DNA of 64,000 nucleotides, taken from NCBI GenBank assembly GCA_963778555.1, contig CAVZUR010000005.1, positions 97,756-161,755 on the forward strand, given 5' to 3'. Below the pieces are notes generated by a model. It ran no database searches. It was not told where the DNA came from and was given only the letters and a program-made list of their open reading frames with translations. Every line of letters starts with the position of its first letter. Position 1 is the first letter of the stretch. Made by a program: the position numbers and the translations under genes. Shown in pieces: positions 46,498-58,028 of the stretch. This stretch comes from Candidatus Moraniibacteriota bacterium (GTDB lineage Bacteria > Patescibacteriota > Minisyncoccia > Moranbacterales > UBA1568).

Positions 46498-47781
46498 CTA
46501 CGGATGGATCTTCCGATATTCCCGCCACTGCTTTTCAGACCAACCCTTCGGCTTTGAGGTGTAAATTGGGTCGTCTCCAGGATGCGGGAAGAGGCTGGGG
46601 GACTTGTAATTGCTCCAAAAGGTGTCGTTGATGAACGTCTTGCCAGAACTATTGGCGACGGAATGGGTAAACACGGTCCGCATGCTTCCATCCGGGTTAC
46701 TTTCGAGGATATGTGGTCCATCGATTGAGACGGTCCGCCCGTCCCTTGTCCCATACATGGAGAAGGTGAGGAGTGTCCCTGTGATTTCAGGTATGAGCAG
46801 GATGGCACCGGGCGTATTATTCACGAATTGGAGATCAGGCTTGGGGATATAGACGGTCGCATCCATGCCGTACGGTTTATAGTATTGGACTGGATAGGCG
46901 TGGTTGCGCCGCTCGGTAATTTTCAGACCTGACTGGAGTGCGGCGCGGAAGACGGTCGTTGAGACTTGGCAGATACCTCCGCCGAATTCTGGCTCAGTCT
47001 TGTTATTCTTGATGACAAGCTCGGGCAGGTAGCCGTGCTCGCCATCGACTTCGCCGAGATAGTCGACGAAAGAGAATGTCGCGCCCGGCTCAATGACGAC
47101 ACCATTGAAATCCTGAATCGCGCGCTGGATATTGTAGACTCGATTCTTCGGCGATCCTCGAAAATTCGTGGTGGCGGTCCCAATCAGCTCGGTAATCCCG
47201 AACTGGGAAAGCGTCTGGGACGAGAGGGCAGCTGGGACGGTGGTGCTCGAGAGTGCGACTGTCAGGCGGCCACCCGTTGTCTCCCTGAGAGCGCTTTCCA
47301 GAAGCACAGCACTTTTTTCGGTGTCGACTGTAAAACCATCCGTGGCCGGGGTCGCCACGATAATCTTCGCATCCTGAGCTGTCAATCGGGCGTTCACTGG
47401 GTCGCGGTCAGCCTTTTCAGCTAAAGCAATAATACTTTGCTTGAGCGCCGCGGGAACTAGTTCGAGCGTGCGCGAAAGAACGATATGGCTCTGCGTCGCG
47501 CGCGACAAGAAGCTGGTGCAGAACAATGGGAGTGGATCGCAAGCACGCTGCGTGTCCTCAAATTCAGGAAGTGCGTCTGGCAGGAAAACAAAACGTTTAT
47601 TTTCTCGATACCAGGAATCAATATCCTCTACGCTCATGATCTGAAGAAAGGACCCTGCTGAAAGCGTGACATCACTCGGTGGGACGAGAGCCTGGGTAGT
47701 ATTCGGCAACATGAAAACAACGGCGCCAAAAAAAGCCGCACATAAAGGGGCGAAACGCAATCGAACAAATCGGTACAGCAT
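46498..47781 (-). CDS. VanW-family protein
   Basis: 'EFGGGICQVSTTVFRAALQSGLKITERRNHAYPVQYY...GMDATV' VanW core motif. N-terminal signal anchor. Confidence 0.75.
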   Translation of the reverse strand: MLYRFVRLRFAPLCAAFFGAVVFMLPNTTQALVPPSDVTLSAGSFLQIMSVEDIDSWYRENKRFVFLPDALPEFEDTQRACDPLPLFCTSFLSRATQSHIVLSRTLELVPAALKQSIIALAEKADRDPVNARLTAQDAKIIVATPATDGFTVDTEKSAVLLESALRETTGGRLTVALSSTTVPAALSSQTLSQFGITELIGTATTNFRGSPKNRVYNIQRAIQDFNGVVIEPGATFSFVDYLGEVDGEHGYLPELVIKNNKTEPEFGGGICQVSTTVFRAALQSGLKITERRNHAYPVQYYKPYGMDATVYIPKPDLQFVNNTPGAILLIPEITGTLLTFSMYGTRDGRTVSIDGPHILESNPDGSMRTVFTHSVANSSGKTFINDTFWSNYKSPSLFPHPGDDPIYTSKPKGWSEKQWREYRKIHP

Positions 47782-47787
47782 GCGAAC

Positions 47788-48345
47788 TTAAAAACCTCTC
47801 ACCTGGATCTTTTTGGTTTTGGTGGTATCGGCTTTGGGGAGTCGGATAGTCAGAATGCCATTCTTCAGTGCGGCGTCGGCTTTTTCGGGAATAACATCGA
47901 CCGGAAGAAGAACGGAGCGGGAAAAAGAGCCCCAATAACATTCCTGGTAGTAGTAGTTTCCATTCTCGACAATCTCCTCGTTTTTTCGCTCACCCTTGAC
48001 GGTCACCATGTCATTGTTGATGGAAACGTCAAGATCTTCTGGTTTTACGCCAGCGATGGTAGATTTGATGACGATATCGTTTTCGGTCTGGTAGACATCA
48101 ATCGTGAGCTGTCCCTCAGCGTTATCGTCAGCCATGCTACCTTGCCCGCCAGACGCGTAAGAAGGGGTGCTCCATGTCGGTTCGCTTACGGTTTCTCGAG
48201 CATAGCTTGGCTCGGTATTCATCTGAAGGGGAGTCTCCTCCTCCTGGGCATAAACGCTCACGCTCTCCTCTTGATATGTGGGGGATTGATCGAGCTCTCG
48301 GGCGCCGGTTAGCCGCTCAAAGAAGGAACGTTTCTGTTTCATCAT
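47788..48345 (-). CDS. Hsp20/α-crystallin family small heat-shock protein
   Basis: 'QLTIDVYQTENDIVIKSTIAGVKPEDLDVSINNDMVTVKGERK...GSFSRSVLLP...KNGILTIRLPK'. Confidence 0.8.
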   Translation of the reverse strand: MMKQKRSFFERLTGARELDQSPTYQEESVSVYAQEEETPLQMNTEPSYARETVSEPTWSTPSYASGGQGSMADDNAEGQLTIDVYQTENDIVIKSTIAGVKPEDLDVSINNDMVTVKGERKNEEIVENGNYYYQECYWGSFSRSVLLPVDVIPEKADAALKNGILTIRLPKADTTKTKKIQVRGF

Positions 48346-48415
48346 AGTGCAGGTTAGTTGATGCTGATAGTACTCTCAGTATAGAGGAATTTCAGGGATT
48401 GAGGCAAGCGCACAC

Positions 48416-48853
48416 TCAGAGCGAGACATTATAGAGCGTGTGCAGAAGTATCGCACCGAGAAGGGCGACCAATGGGCTGAAACGGAAGCTTTCACGGAGG
48501 CAAAAACCACTGTAGAGAATGAGGGTGCTCGCTATGTGGAGGACGGCTATGGTTCCAAGGGTCAGAATTCCTGGGAGAGCGGTTGCAGAAGCGAAAAGCA
48601 GCGCCATTTCAGCCGAAACAAAACCAGCCCCGAAAAAGAGGGCATGGGGAGTGGAGACCCCTTTCGGTGAGCGTTTTCTCAACTGGACAAAAAAGGAGAA
48701 TTTCGCACCTTCCTCAATTGCCGCGGCGCAAATAAGGACGACCAATGAAGGGGAATCAGTTAGCGAAACGTTGAAGATCAGGGAGATAAAAACCTGTGCG
48801 AGAAGCGCGGCTGACGCGGCGAGGAATCCAAAAATGATCGCGATGCCGGTCAT
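48416..48853 (-). CDS. Small polytopic membrane protein, CPBP (CAAX/Abi)-family intramembrane-protease-like
   Basis: 145 aa. 'EEGAKF' (EExxxR-like), 'HIAS', 'HTLYN' (HxxxN) motifs in TM helices. Confidence 0.35.
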   Translation of the reverse strand: MTGIAIIFGFLAASAALLAQVFISLIFNVSLTDSPSLVVLICAAAIEEGAKFSFFVQLRKRSPKGVSTPHALFFGAGFVSAEMALLFASATALPGILTLGTIAVLHIASTLILYSGFCLRESFRFSPLVALLGAILLHTLYNVSL

Positions 48854-51525
48854 CAGGAAGCAATTTCTTGGATGGATTGGACGATGACGCCCAGTTTCAT
48901 TTCTGCTCCGTCTAGCGTGTGCCGCTGAGCCTCGATGATGTTCGCCGGTGCCTTTTCAGTGAAACGAGCATCCGCGAGACGCGTTTTTAATCCGGTGATG
49001 TATTTCGTAAGTTCGACCATTTCTTTTTCGAGCCGTGCTTTCTCAGCCACGACATCGATTGTCTCGCCGAGATGGACGAAGGCGTGCAGCGTTCCAGCAG
49101 TGATGTTGGCACTGGCTGTTGGACGGGCTGAAGAGGCGTCCGTGATGAGAACTTCGGAAATCCGTCCGAGCCGTTCGATGATGGGCGAGAAAGATGAGAG
49201 CGCTGACTCATCGCCGACGAGCGTGAGTGACAGTGCCTCTTTCGGATCGATATGATAGATAGCGCGGATGTTACGGATTTTCTGAATCAACGCCATAACA
49301 TCCCTGAACGTATTGTTGTGCTTCCCAATTCGTTCATCGGGTTCATCTTTTTTCTCCCATGGCTTAGCCATGAGCAATCCATTTTCGTTCGGATAGAGCG
49401 AAGTGAAAATGGATTCAGTCACAAAAGGCATGAAAGGATGCCAAAGCTTGAGGAGTTCGTTGTAAATCGTGATGAGTACAGCGTCGTGCTTTTCAATCTT
49501 GTGGATTTCAATATACCAATCGGCAAACTCGTTCCAGGTAAAGTCACGCAATGTTTCGGCCGCAATAGAAAGGTTATAATTTTCAAGGTGCTGACTCACC
49601 GCTCGTTGTGTTTTTTGGAGCTGGCCAATTATCCAGCTATCAGCATCGGAAATGTCGTCTTGTTTTGGCCATTGGTCACGCCGGTCCCAAATGATAATAT
49701 CAGGCTGAATGGAAGTAGCAATATAGCGTCCCATGTTCCAGAGTTTGTTCACGAAATTGCGTGAAGCGGTGATTTTCTCGCGGCCGATTTTGACATCGTT
49801 GCCAGGGGTCGATCCGACGATGAGGGCGAGGCGGAGCGCATCGGCGCCGAACTCATCGGCGATGTCGAGCGGATCGATGGTGTTGCCGAGGGATTTCGAC
49901 ATCTTGCGACCCTGCTCGTCGCGGACGAGGCCGTGGAGGTAGACGGTTTTGAAAGGGATCTCGTCTAGGAGGAATCCTGACATGAGTATCATGCGTGCCA
50001 CCCAGGGGAAGAGGATATCATAGCCGGTCTCGAGGAGCGTCGTTGGATGGTAGGCCCTGAAATCAGGGGCAGTTTCGTCTGGCCAACCGAGGGTCGAGAA
50101 GGTCCACAGACCGGAGGAGAACCACGTGTCGAGTGAGTCGGGATCCTGCTGCCAACCTTCGCCGCTGGGCGCGTCGATCCCGCAGTAGGTTTCATTGCCA
50201 CGGTACCAGACAGGAATCTGGTGGCCGAACCAGATCTGGCGGCTGATGCACCAGTCGCGGAGATTGTCGATCCAATGGAAATAGGTCTTCTCAAATCGCT
50301 CAGGGAGGATAGTCACTCGCTTTGATTGTACGGCATCTTGCATGAGGGACTTGAGGGTTACCTTTTTCCCCCTGCGTTCAAATTCATGGGTGACGCTAAC
50401 GAACCACTGGCGCATGACTTGCGGTTCGACCGTGGCACCGGTGCGTTCGGCAGTCGCGATTTGGTGGGTATACGGCTCGTCGATCTTTATCACGAGACCC
50501 TTTCCTTTCAGCTTGGCTATGATCTTCTCCCGAGCTTCGACGATAGATAGTCCGGCGAATTCTCCAGCGACGGGCAGGAGTGCTCCGTGAAGATCGATAA
50601 TCGGCTCCATATCGAGACCGTGGCGTTCAGCCAGTTCGAAGTCGACGGCACTGTGCCAGGGTGTGATGGTCATGACACCAGTACCGAATTCCATATCGAT
50701 CGCCGCGTCTTTCACGATGGTTGCCTCGATCGAGCCATTGATCCATTCGACGGTGAGCTTTTGACCGTCCGTATACTCAGCATAGCGTGCGTCATCGGGA
50801 TGCATGACGACATACTTGTCACCAAATTTCGTTTCAGGGCGGGCGGTCGCGATCTCGAACGGACCGTATTTCAGGTAGTAGAGTTTGGCGGATTCTTCAC
50901 GATAGACGATCTCATCATCAGAAATGGTGGTCTGTCCGATTGGGTCCCAGTTCACAATACGGTTGCCACGGTAGATGATGCCAGCATCGTACATGCGCTT
51001 GAATGCCGTCCGGACAGCGAAACTTCGCTTGTCATCGAGGGTGTAGGCTTCGCGCGACCAGTCGACGGAGGAGCCCATCCGTTTCACTTGGTTTGCGATG
51101 GTATCATGGCTGTCTTGGGCGAATTGGGTGACACGCTTCAAGAATTCTTCTCGGCCGAGATCCGCCCGGCTTTTTCCTTCCGTTTCCTGGAGGATTTTCC
51201 GCATTTTGCTTTCGGTGGCGATGGCGGCGTGGTCAGTACCCGGGAGCCAGAGTGTGCGGTACCCAGACATGCGTTTGTAGCGGACAATTGTGTCCTCGAT
51301 CGCGAGCATCGCCGCATGGCCGATATGGAGCGTCCCAGTGACATTCGGTGGTGGAAGGACGATTGAAAATGGTTCGGCGTCAGGCTTCGTTAGGCCTTTG
51401 GCAATACTTGTGTCGGGATTCGAAAAATCAGCCTCGACCCAGCGGGCAAGAATATCGGATTCCCATTGTTTCGGGTCGTAGGCTTTGGGGAATTCAGTTG
51501 CGACTGGCTCATTAGACATATTCAA
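48853..51525 (-). CDS. valS: Valine--tRNA ligase
   Basis: 'PPNVTGTLHIGHA' HIGH and 'KMSKSLGN' KMSKS motifs. 890 aa, class I aaRS architecture with C-terminal coiled coil. Confidence 0.9.
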   Translation of the reverse strand: MNMSNEPVATEFPKAYDPKQWESDILARWVEADFSNPDTSIAKGLTKPDAEPFSIVLPPPNVTGTLHIGHAAMLAIEDTIVRYKRMSGYRTLWLPGTDHAAIATESKMRKILQETEGKSRADLGREEFLKRVTQFAQDSHDTIANQVKRMGSSVDWSREAYTLDDKRSFAVRTAFKRMYDAGIIYRGNRIVNWDPIGQTTISDDEIVYREESAKLYYLKYGPFEIATARPETKFGDKYVVMHPDDARYAEYTDGQKLTVEWINGSIEATIVKDAAIDMEFGTGVMTITPWHSAVDFELAERHGLDMEPIIDLHGALLPVAGEFAGLSIVEAREKIIAKLKGKGLVIKIDEPYTHQIATAERTGATVEPQVMRQWFVSVTHEFERRGKKVTLKSLMQDAVQSKRVTILPERFEKTYFHWIDNLRDWCISRQIWFGHQIPVWYRGNETYCGIDAPSGEGWQQDPDSLDTWFSSGLWTFSTLGWPDETAPDFRAYHPTTLLETGYDILFPWVARMILMSGFLLDEIPFKTVYLHGLVRDEQGRKMSKSLGNTIDPLDIADEFGADALRLALIVGSTPGNDVKIGREKITASRNFVNKLWNMGRYIATSIQPDIIIWDRRDQWPKQDDISDADSWIIGQLQKTQRAVSQHLENYNLSIAAETLRDFTWNEFADWYIEIHKIEKHDAVLITIYNELLKLWHPFMPFVTESIFTSLYPNENGLLMAKPWEKKDEPDERIGKHNNTFRDVMALIQKIRNIRAIYHIDPKEALSLTLVGDESALSSFSPIIERLGRISEVLITDASSARPTASANITAGTLHAFVHLGETIDVVAEKARLEKEMVELTKYITGLKTRLADARFTEKAPANIIEAQRHTLDGAEMKLGVIVQSIQEIAS

Positions 51526-51564
51526 AAAATACCACAGAAAAGGCTTGGATTCAAGGAAAACAGG

Positions 51565-52308
51565 CTATTTCCGCCGCCCTTTGCACAATTTCTGGTAGTT
51601 CATGAGGGGAGCGAAGAGGTCTTCTTCGAGCGAGGGCTTGAAAAAAGCGAGTTCGTCCGCTGTCGGAGAATCGGGATTGAACGCAACGAATGGAATCTCC
51701 GTGATGGTGGCAAGGGGCGTCTGTTCTGCACCCTCGCCCATTGAGAGAACCGCGGCCGTGGCAAGCGCATCAACGATATTCGTATGGGTCGTAAACCGAT
51801 GTCCAAAAATATCCGGCGTGTCCTGATACGCTTTCATCCCAATAAAACCGCTCCAACCGATCGCGACTCCAGTGACACCGCGTCGGAGCGGGGCTGAGTG
51901 GCTATCGGAAATGATGACGCCGATATTTTTCAAACTGAAACGCTGCACCAGATATGACCGGACAACTTGCGCCGTCGAATAGCTGTCGGTTGGAAGGAGG
52001 GCATACACTCCGTCCGTGTTCGATCCGTCAATGCCAGCCCGGGCAATGAAGGCGTTGTCTCGGATGGCGAGCGGAACACCAAAGAGACTCTCTCGCTTCG
52101 GGAGGTAGTAATCGGCTTCAGCCGCTACAGCATCTTCTCTAAGCCCTGCTTCCTTCGAGATGAAGCGACCTTCGGACAGCGCGACAATCTTCGAAGTGAT
52201 AATGAGTATCGATCGTTCCACTATCGACGGGAGTGAGCGGTCGAGAAAAGCGAGGAGTGGTTCTTTGCCTGGCCGGACTCGGTCAGTTTTGATGGCATTG
52301 ACTAACAT
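51565..52308 (-). CDS. CofE-like protein (F420-0:γ-glutamyl ligase family)
   Basis: 'ILIITSKIVALSEGR', 'GIDGSN' motifs of the CofE family. Confidence 0.55.
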   Translation of the reverse strand: MLVNAIKTDRVRPGKEPLLAFLDRSLPSIVERSILIITSKIVALSEGRFISKEAGLREDAVAAEADYYLPKRESLFGVPLAIRDNAFIARAGIDGSNTDGVYALLPTDSYSTAQVVRSYLVQRFSLKNIGVIISDSHSAPLRRGVTGVAIGWSGFIGMKAYQDTPDIFGHRFTTHTNIVDALATAAVLSMGEGAEQTPLATITEIPFVAFNPDSPTADELAFFKPSLEEDLFAPLMNYQKLCKGRRK

Positions 52309-53369
52309 GTGAGTGGGAAGTGGGCGGCTGGCTCAAGCGAGAGTGCGTTCGTCCTGAGATTGGCTCGTTCGGTTTCGCTCATCTGGGAGTATCGTAGCAT
52401 CCCAGCCGCGCCGATCATGGCGGCATTGTCGAGCGAGAATTGGAATGGCGGCATGAGGAATTGGCACTCCGAATAGCCAGCGACCATCGTCCCCATCCGT
52501 TCGCGGAGCCGGCTATTGGCCGAGACACCACCCGCGATGACGAGCGATTTGGGTTGATATTCCTGAAGTGCACGCTCTGTTTTTCCGACGAGCGTGTCGA
52601 CGACGGCTTCCTGGAATTCATGGGCAACCATTGCGATAAAGTTGGGATCAGCAAGCCTCTCAGCTGGTTCTTTCTTGAGTGAGTACAGGACGGATGTCTT
52701 GAGGCCAGAAAAAGAGAAATGGTAATTGTCGGCATTGAGCATGGGGCGGGGGAATCTTTTCGCCGATGCTCTTTCGGCTGAGGTTCGGTACACATCGGCG
52801 CGTTTTCCAATCTCCGGGCCGCCAGGATAGGGGAGGCTGAGCATTTTCGCAACTTTGTCAAAGGCCTCGCCGGCTGCGTCATCTTCCGTCTCGCCGAGGA
52901 GTTGGTACTGGAAGTGGTCCAGCATGAGGATGAGCTGAGTATGGCCGCCAGAAACGATCAGCGCGAGGAGTGGGAAGCGGAGTTCGGCACCGGGGGCAAG
53001 CAGATTCGCGTAGATGTGCCCTTCCAGATGGTTCACGCCGAGGAGCGGCTTCTGCCAGGCGAGAGCCAGCGTTTTGGCAGCTGACACGCCGACGAGGAGT
53101 GCTGGGATGAGGCCCGGTCCTTGGGTTACCGCCAGGCAATCGATATCATCTGGTATAAGTGATGCTTCTCGAAGCGCGGACTCGACGACGGGAAGGATAT
53201 TCTTCACATGCTCCCTCGCGGCCAAGTTGGGGATGACGCCACCCCACTTCGCATGGAGTTCAGCCTGGGATGAGACAATATTCGACAAGACGGAAAGAGA
53301 AACGCCATCGTAGCCAATGACGGCCGCGGCAGTTTCATCACAGGAAGTTTCGATGGCGAGGAGTTTCAT
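52302..53369 (-). CDS. tsaD: tRNA N6-adenosine threonylcarbamoyltransferase TsaD (Kae1/Gcp family)
   Basis: 'MKLLAIETSCDETAAAVI...HMEGHIYANL...' are TsaD hallmarks. Confidence 0.85.
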   Translation of the reverse strand: MKLLAIETSCDETAAAVIGYDGVSLSVLSNIVSSQAELHAKWGGVIPNLAAREHVKNILPVVESALREASLIPDDIDCLAVTQGPGLIPALLVGVSAAKTLALAWQKPLLGVNHLEGHIYANLLAPGAELRFPLLALIVSGGHTQLILMLDHFQYQLLGETEDDAAGEAFDKVAKMLSLPYPGGPEIGKRADVYRTSAERASAKRFPRPMLNADNYHFSFSGLKTSVLYSLKKEPAERLADPNFIAMVAHEFQEAVVDTLVGKTERALQEYQPKSLVIAGGVSANSRLRERMGTMVAGYSECQFLMPPFQFSLDNAAMIGAAGMLRYSQMSETERANLRTNALSLEPAAHFPLTC

Positions 53370-53431
53370 AGTGGGTCCCTTTGAGGGCCACCCTACTCTA
53401 GCTGTCAGCGCTTGGATAGACAAGCAGAGAA

Positions 53432-54019
53432 TCAGAGATTCGAAGCCGGAAGCAGGGTCGCAAGAGCGCCGATGCCAATGAGCATTAAAAGAAGTTTTAA
53501 GAGAATAGATAGCCGATGCGCATACATGTAGTGGAGTTCCTCTCGGATCCAATTGTCATTGCCTCTTTGGGCGACCAAATCCCGCATTTCCTCTGGTGAC
53601 CAAGACATAACGAGGTGATCGAAATCATAATGAATCGCACCTTCTTGGTTGGAAAAGAATTTGTACCAGCGTTCCGAGAATGGCCAGAAGAGCCGAATGC
53701 CATAGCCCATGCCTGAGAGATCGTGGACGAAGTGACTGAAGGCCCCGAGAGCGAAGAGCAGCATCCATTCCGGACCGAAAAGCGTGCCGATAAATAGCGC
53801 GACGGGGATGTAGGGGAGAGGATTGTGAAACAAGGTCCGATGGGCGCCGATAACTTTGCCGCCGACCGTCCCGCGTTGCATGTATTCGATCCAGAAATCG
53901 GTGTCGGGAAGTAAGGCAAAGAGGACTCCGGCGAGGAGCCACAGCGGCGTGAGAGGTTGTTCGAAGAAGAGCCCAATCAGGAGGGCCCAGAGGAGACCGA
54001 GTTTGATATCGAGAAACAT
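53432..54019 (-). CDS. Membrane-bound metal-dependent hydrolase (DUF457/YdjM-like)
   Basis: 195 aa. TM helices with conserved His/Asp ('LLPDTDF', 'SHFVHDL'). Confidence 0.5.
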   Translation of the reverse strand: MFLDIKLGLLWALLIGLFFEQPLTPLWLLAGVLFALLPDTDFWIEYMQRGTVGGKVIGAHRTLFHNPLPYIPVALFIGTLFGPEWMLLFALGAFSHFVHDLSGMGYGIRLFWPFSERWYKFFSNQEGAIHYDFDHLVMSWSPEEMRDLVAQRGNDNWIREELHYMYAHRLSILLKLLLMLIGIGALATLLPASNL

Positions 54020-54279
54020 AGCGCGACCAGTGTAGCAGGGAAAAAGAAAACTCTCCAGTCAGGAGAGATTCCAGTTCTTGGTAGCCCCAAGGGGAATTTA
54101 TCGCCTCACTTTCTGCTGAAAGCTCGTTGTCCTGGGCAGCGCTGAATGCTGCGTTCGCTCGCATTCATCGACACTCGCCATGCCTTCACGGCAGGGCTCG
54201 CACCTGCCCGTTCGATTCCCCTTGGAGAGCAAAATAATAAAAACCCTCTCACTAAAAAGCGAAAGGATTTTTATTATGC

Positions 54280-54354
54280 TGGTAGCCCCAAGGGGAGTCG
54301 AACCCCTCTTACCAGGATGAAAACCTGGCGTCCTAACCGATAGACGATGGGGCC
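54280..54354 (-). tRNA. tRNA-Glu (anticodon TTC), CCA-encoded
   Basis: rc: GGCCCCATCGTCTATCGGTTAGGACGCCAGGTTTTCATCCTGGTAAGAGGGGTTCGACTCCCCTTGGGGCTACCA. Confidence 0.8.
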
Positions 54355-54622
54355 TTGTAATGAGTGCTTAGGGGATAGGGGCGAGGTTTAGTCGAGACAG
54401 CCAAAACCTAAGTCCTAGTGCCTAAGTGAGAGACGAAAAAAGCCTTGAGCAGGCACCGCTACTGTATCATACGGGATGAATTTAGCAAACAAATTCAGCG
54501 TGAAATGAACCCATACAAAGAATAAAAGTGGCATAATTGACAGAATGGGAAAATTGTGCTATTCTGTGGAGGTGTCAATTTTTTTTGTTCCTGCCCACAA
54601 CTGAAACTTCGAAGGAGAAAAC

Positions 54623-54865
54623 ATGACTGGATATCTCATAGTCCTGCACGCCCTGGCCGTACTTGGCCTCATCCTCGGCGCCCATGCCCTATGGAAACAT
54701 CTGCCGGGAGGGTGCCAGCGCTGGAGGGCGAAACGTCGTACCCTCCTCGAGCAACGGAAAGTGCAACGATCCGTTGCAGAAAATGAGCAGAAGCGCATGT
54801 TGGAGCCGGACTACGGCTACGAATCCGCTGCCATCTGGCCGCTTCCGAACAAGACCAAGACCTGA
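54623..54865 (+). CDS. Small hypothetical membrane protein (80 aa)
   Basis: 'MTGYLIVLHALAVLGLILGAHALW' TM helix, basic stretch following. No homolog recognised. Confidence 0.3.
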   Translation: MTGYLIVLHALAVLGLILGAHALWKHLPGGCQRWRAKRRTLLEQRKVQRSVAENEQKRMLEPDYGYESAAIWPLPNKTKT

Positions 54866-54931
54866 GCGATCAGTTCCGAAAAAAGAGTCCCTATCACGCA
54901 AACGCGCGGTAGGGACTTTCAATTTTCCAGT

Positions 54932-56174
<1,243 letters not shown>

Positions 56175-56253
56175 AATGGACGATTGCCCAGATTGATTAT
56201 TGCTGCTATCATACCACGCTTGTCAGAGTGAAATGTCGTATACTAACAGCATG

Positions 56254-57972
56254 CGAGAGCGAGTCGATCCAGACGTTTTTTCTTTTCCTAATCCGAAGAC
56301 GACCGTTTTTCCCGGACGGTTGGTTCAGCGCGTGTTGGAAATGGTTCCTGGCACACTGACGTGGGGGACGCTCATTGGCATGGTGCTACTTTCGTTCCTA
56401 GAACCGTTGTATGCGGCTGTTTTCATCATCGTATTTGATACCTACTGGATTTACCGCGCGATCTATATCTCGCTCTTCTCGCTCCAGGCCCAGTGGAACA
56501 TTGCCGAGGGCAAGCGGATTGATTGGAAAGAACGTTACGAAGAGTCGGCTCATCCGGCTGAGTACATCGAAAAGCTGAGAGCGCGGATTATCGCACTCAA
56601 GACCGAAGCCAAAGCCTCCCGCGGTTTCGGCGAATGGAGGAAGCGTCGCGGTTTGCGGCAAGCCATCCGCCGCGCCAAACGCATTATTCACGAAACTGAG
56701 CGGCTTGTTCCAATGGAAAACGTTATCATGGATTGGCGTGACATCATTCATGTCGTACTGCTGCCGACCGCGGGCGAACCAGTTGAAGTGATCGAGCCAG
56801 CCATCGAGTCGCTCGTGAAGTCACGTTTCCCGCTCGATCAGATGATCGTCCTCCTCGCGACGGAAGAGCGAGAAGACCCAGCGACACGCTTACCGAAAGT
56901 TGAGGCGCTCCGAGAGAAATTCGGACATCACTTCAGGGATTTTCTCGTCACGACGCATATCGTGGAGACGGGCGAGATGAAATGCAAGGCATCCAACGCG
57001 ACCTTTGCGGCGAAAGAGCTCGTCAGTTATCTCGATGAGAATGGGATCGACTATAAACGCGTCGTCTTCTCCAATTTTGATTGCGACTCGGTCATCCATC
57101 CCGAGTATTTTCCGGCACTGACATACTACTATACGACGAGTCCAAATCGTCTCCGGCGGGCATATCAGCCGTTGCCCATGTACCATAACAATCTCTGGGA
57201 TACGAACGCGCTCGTCCGCGTGGTCGTGACGGGTTCGTCATTCTGGCACCTATACCAGTCGACGCGGCGCGAGATGGTGACGTTTTCCTCACATTCGGAA
57301 CCATTCGACACGCTGGTGAAGGTCGGTTTCTGGCCGAAAAACATGATCAGCGAGGACTCGATCATCTATTGGAAATGCCTCTCGTATTTCCATGGGGACT
57401 ACGAAGTGCAACCGATTCATCTGCCTGTTTCACTCGATGCCGTACTCGCTCCGACCTACTGGCGGACCATTGTCAATCAGTATAAGCAAAAAAGACGCTG
57501 GGCCTACGGCATCGAGAATTTTCCCGTGACGATGCGCGCGATCTGGCCGGACGCTGGCATCCGCCTTCGTACCAAACTCCGCATCATGTTCGAAATGCTC
57601 GAGGGGCACTACTCATGGGCAACGACGTCATTTCTCCTGACGTTTCTCGGCTGGCTGCCGCTCTTTCTCGGCGGCGAGGTGTTCAAGGAAAGTGTCCTCG
57701 CGCACAACCTGCCGTTCTTCACCCGCACGCTCATGACGCTGGGTATGGCGGGACTTCTGGTCACTATTCCGATGTCGCTGCTTACGTTGCCGCCGCGGCC
57801 CAAGCGCTATCACTGGTCGCGGACGCTGCTCATGTTCTTCCAGTGGTTCCTGGTGCCCATCGTCGCTTTTCTCTCAGCGATTCCGGCAATCGACTCGCAG
57901 ACACGCCTCCTCACGAAGCGCTATTTCGGCGAATTCTGGGTGACCGAGAAGATGCGGAAGATTGACGAGTGA
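56254..57972 (+). CDS. Polytopic membrane protein, GT2/cellulose-synthase-like glycosyltransferase (tentative)
   Basis: N-terminal and C-terminal TM bundles flanking a cytoplasmic domain ('VVLLPTAGEPVEVIEPAIESLV...FDCDSVIHPEYF'), reminiscent of processive GT2 synthases. Confidence 0.4.
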   Translation, partial: RERVDPDVFSFPNPKTTVFPGRLVQRVLEMVPGTLTWGTLIGMVLLSFLEPLYAAVFIIVFDTYWIYRAIYISLFSLQAQWNIAEGKRIDWKERYEESAHPAEYIEKLRARIIALKTEAKASRGFGEWRKRRGLRQAIRRAKRIIHETERLVPMENVIMDWRDIIHVVLLPTAGEPVEVIEPAIESLVKSRFPLDQMIVLLATEEREDPATRLPKVEALREKFGHHFRDFLVTTHIVETGEMKCKASNATFAAKELVSYLDENGIDYKRVVFSNFDCDSVIHPEYFPALTYYYTTSPNRLRRAYQPLPMYHNNLWDTNALVRVVVTGSSFWHLYQSTRREMVTFSSHSEPFDTLVKVGFWPKNMISEDSIIYWKCLSYFHGDYEVQPIHLPVSLDAVLAPTYWRTIVNQYKQKRRWAYGIENFPVTMRAIWPDAGIRLRTKLRIMFEMLEGHYSWATTSFLLTFLGWLPLFLGGEVFKESVLAHNLPFFTRTLMTLGMAGLLVTIPMSLLTLPPRPKRYHWSRTLLMFFQWFLVPIVAFLSAIPAIDSQTRLLTKRYFGEFWVTEKMRKIDE

Positions 57973-58028
57973 GTTCAATTCGGAACCATGCCGTTCAATG
58001 ACGAAACAGTTTTAGTAATGGCGTATTT

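Noticed and set aside
54085-54278. Possible intron-containing tRNA or tmRNA 3' domain (forward T-loop-like 'CCCGTTCGATTCCCC', hairpins)
   Set aside because: Could not assemble a consistent acceptor/T-stem pairing or a cloverleaf by eye. Retained only as 'structured segment bracketed by a tRNA 3'-end repeat'.
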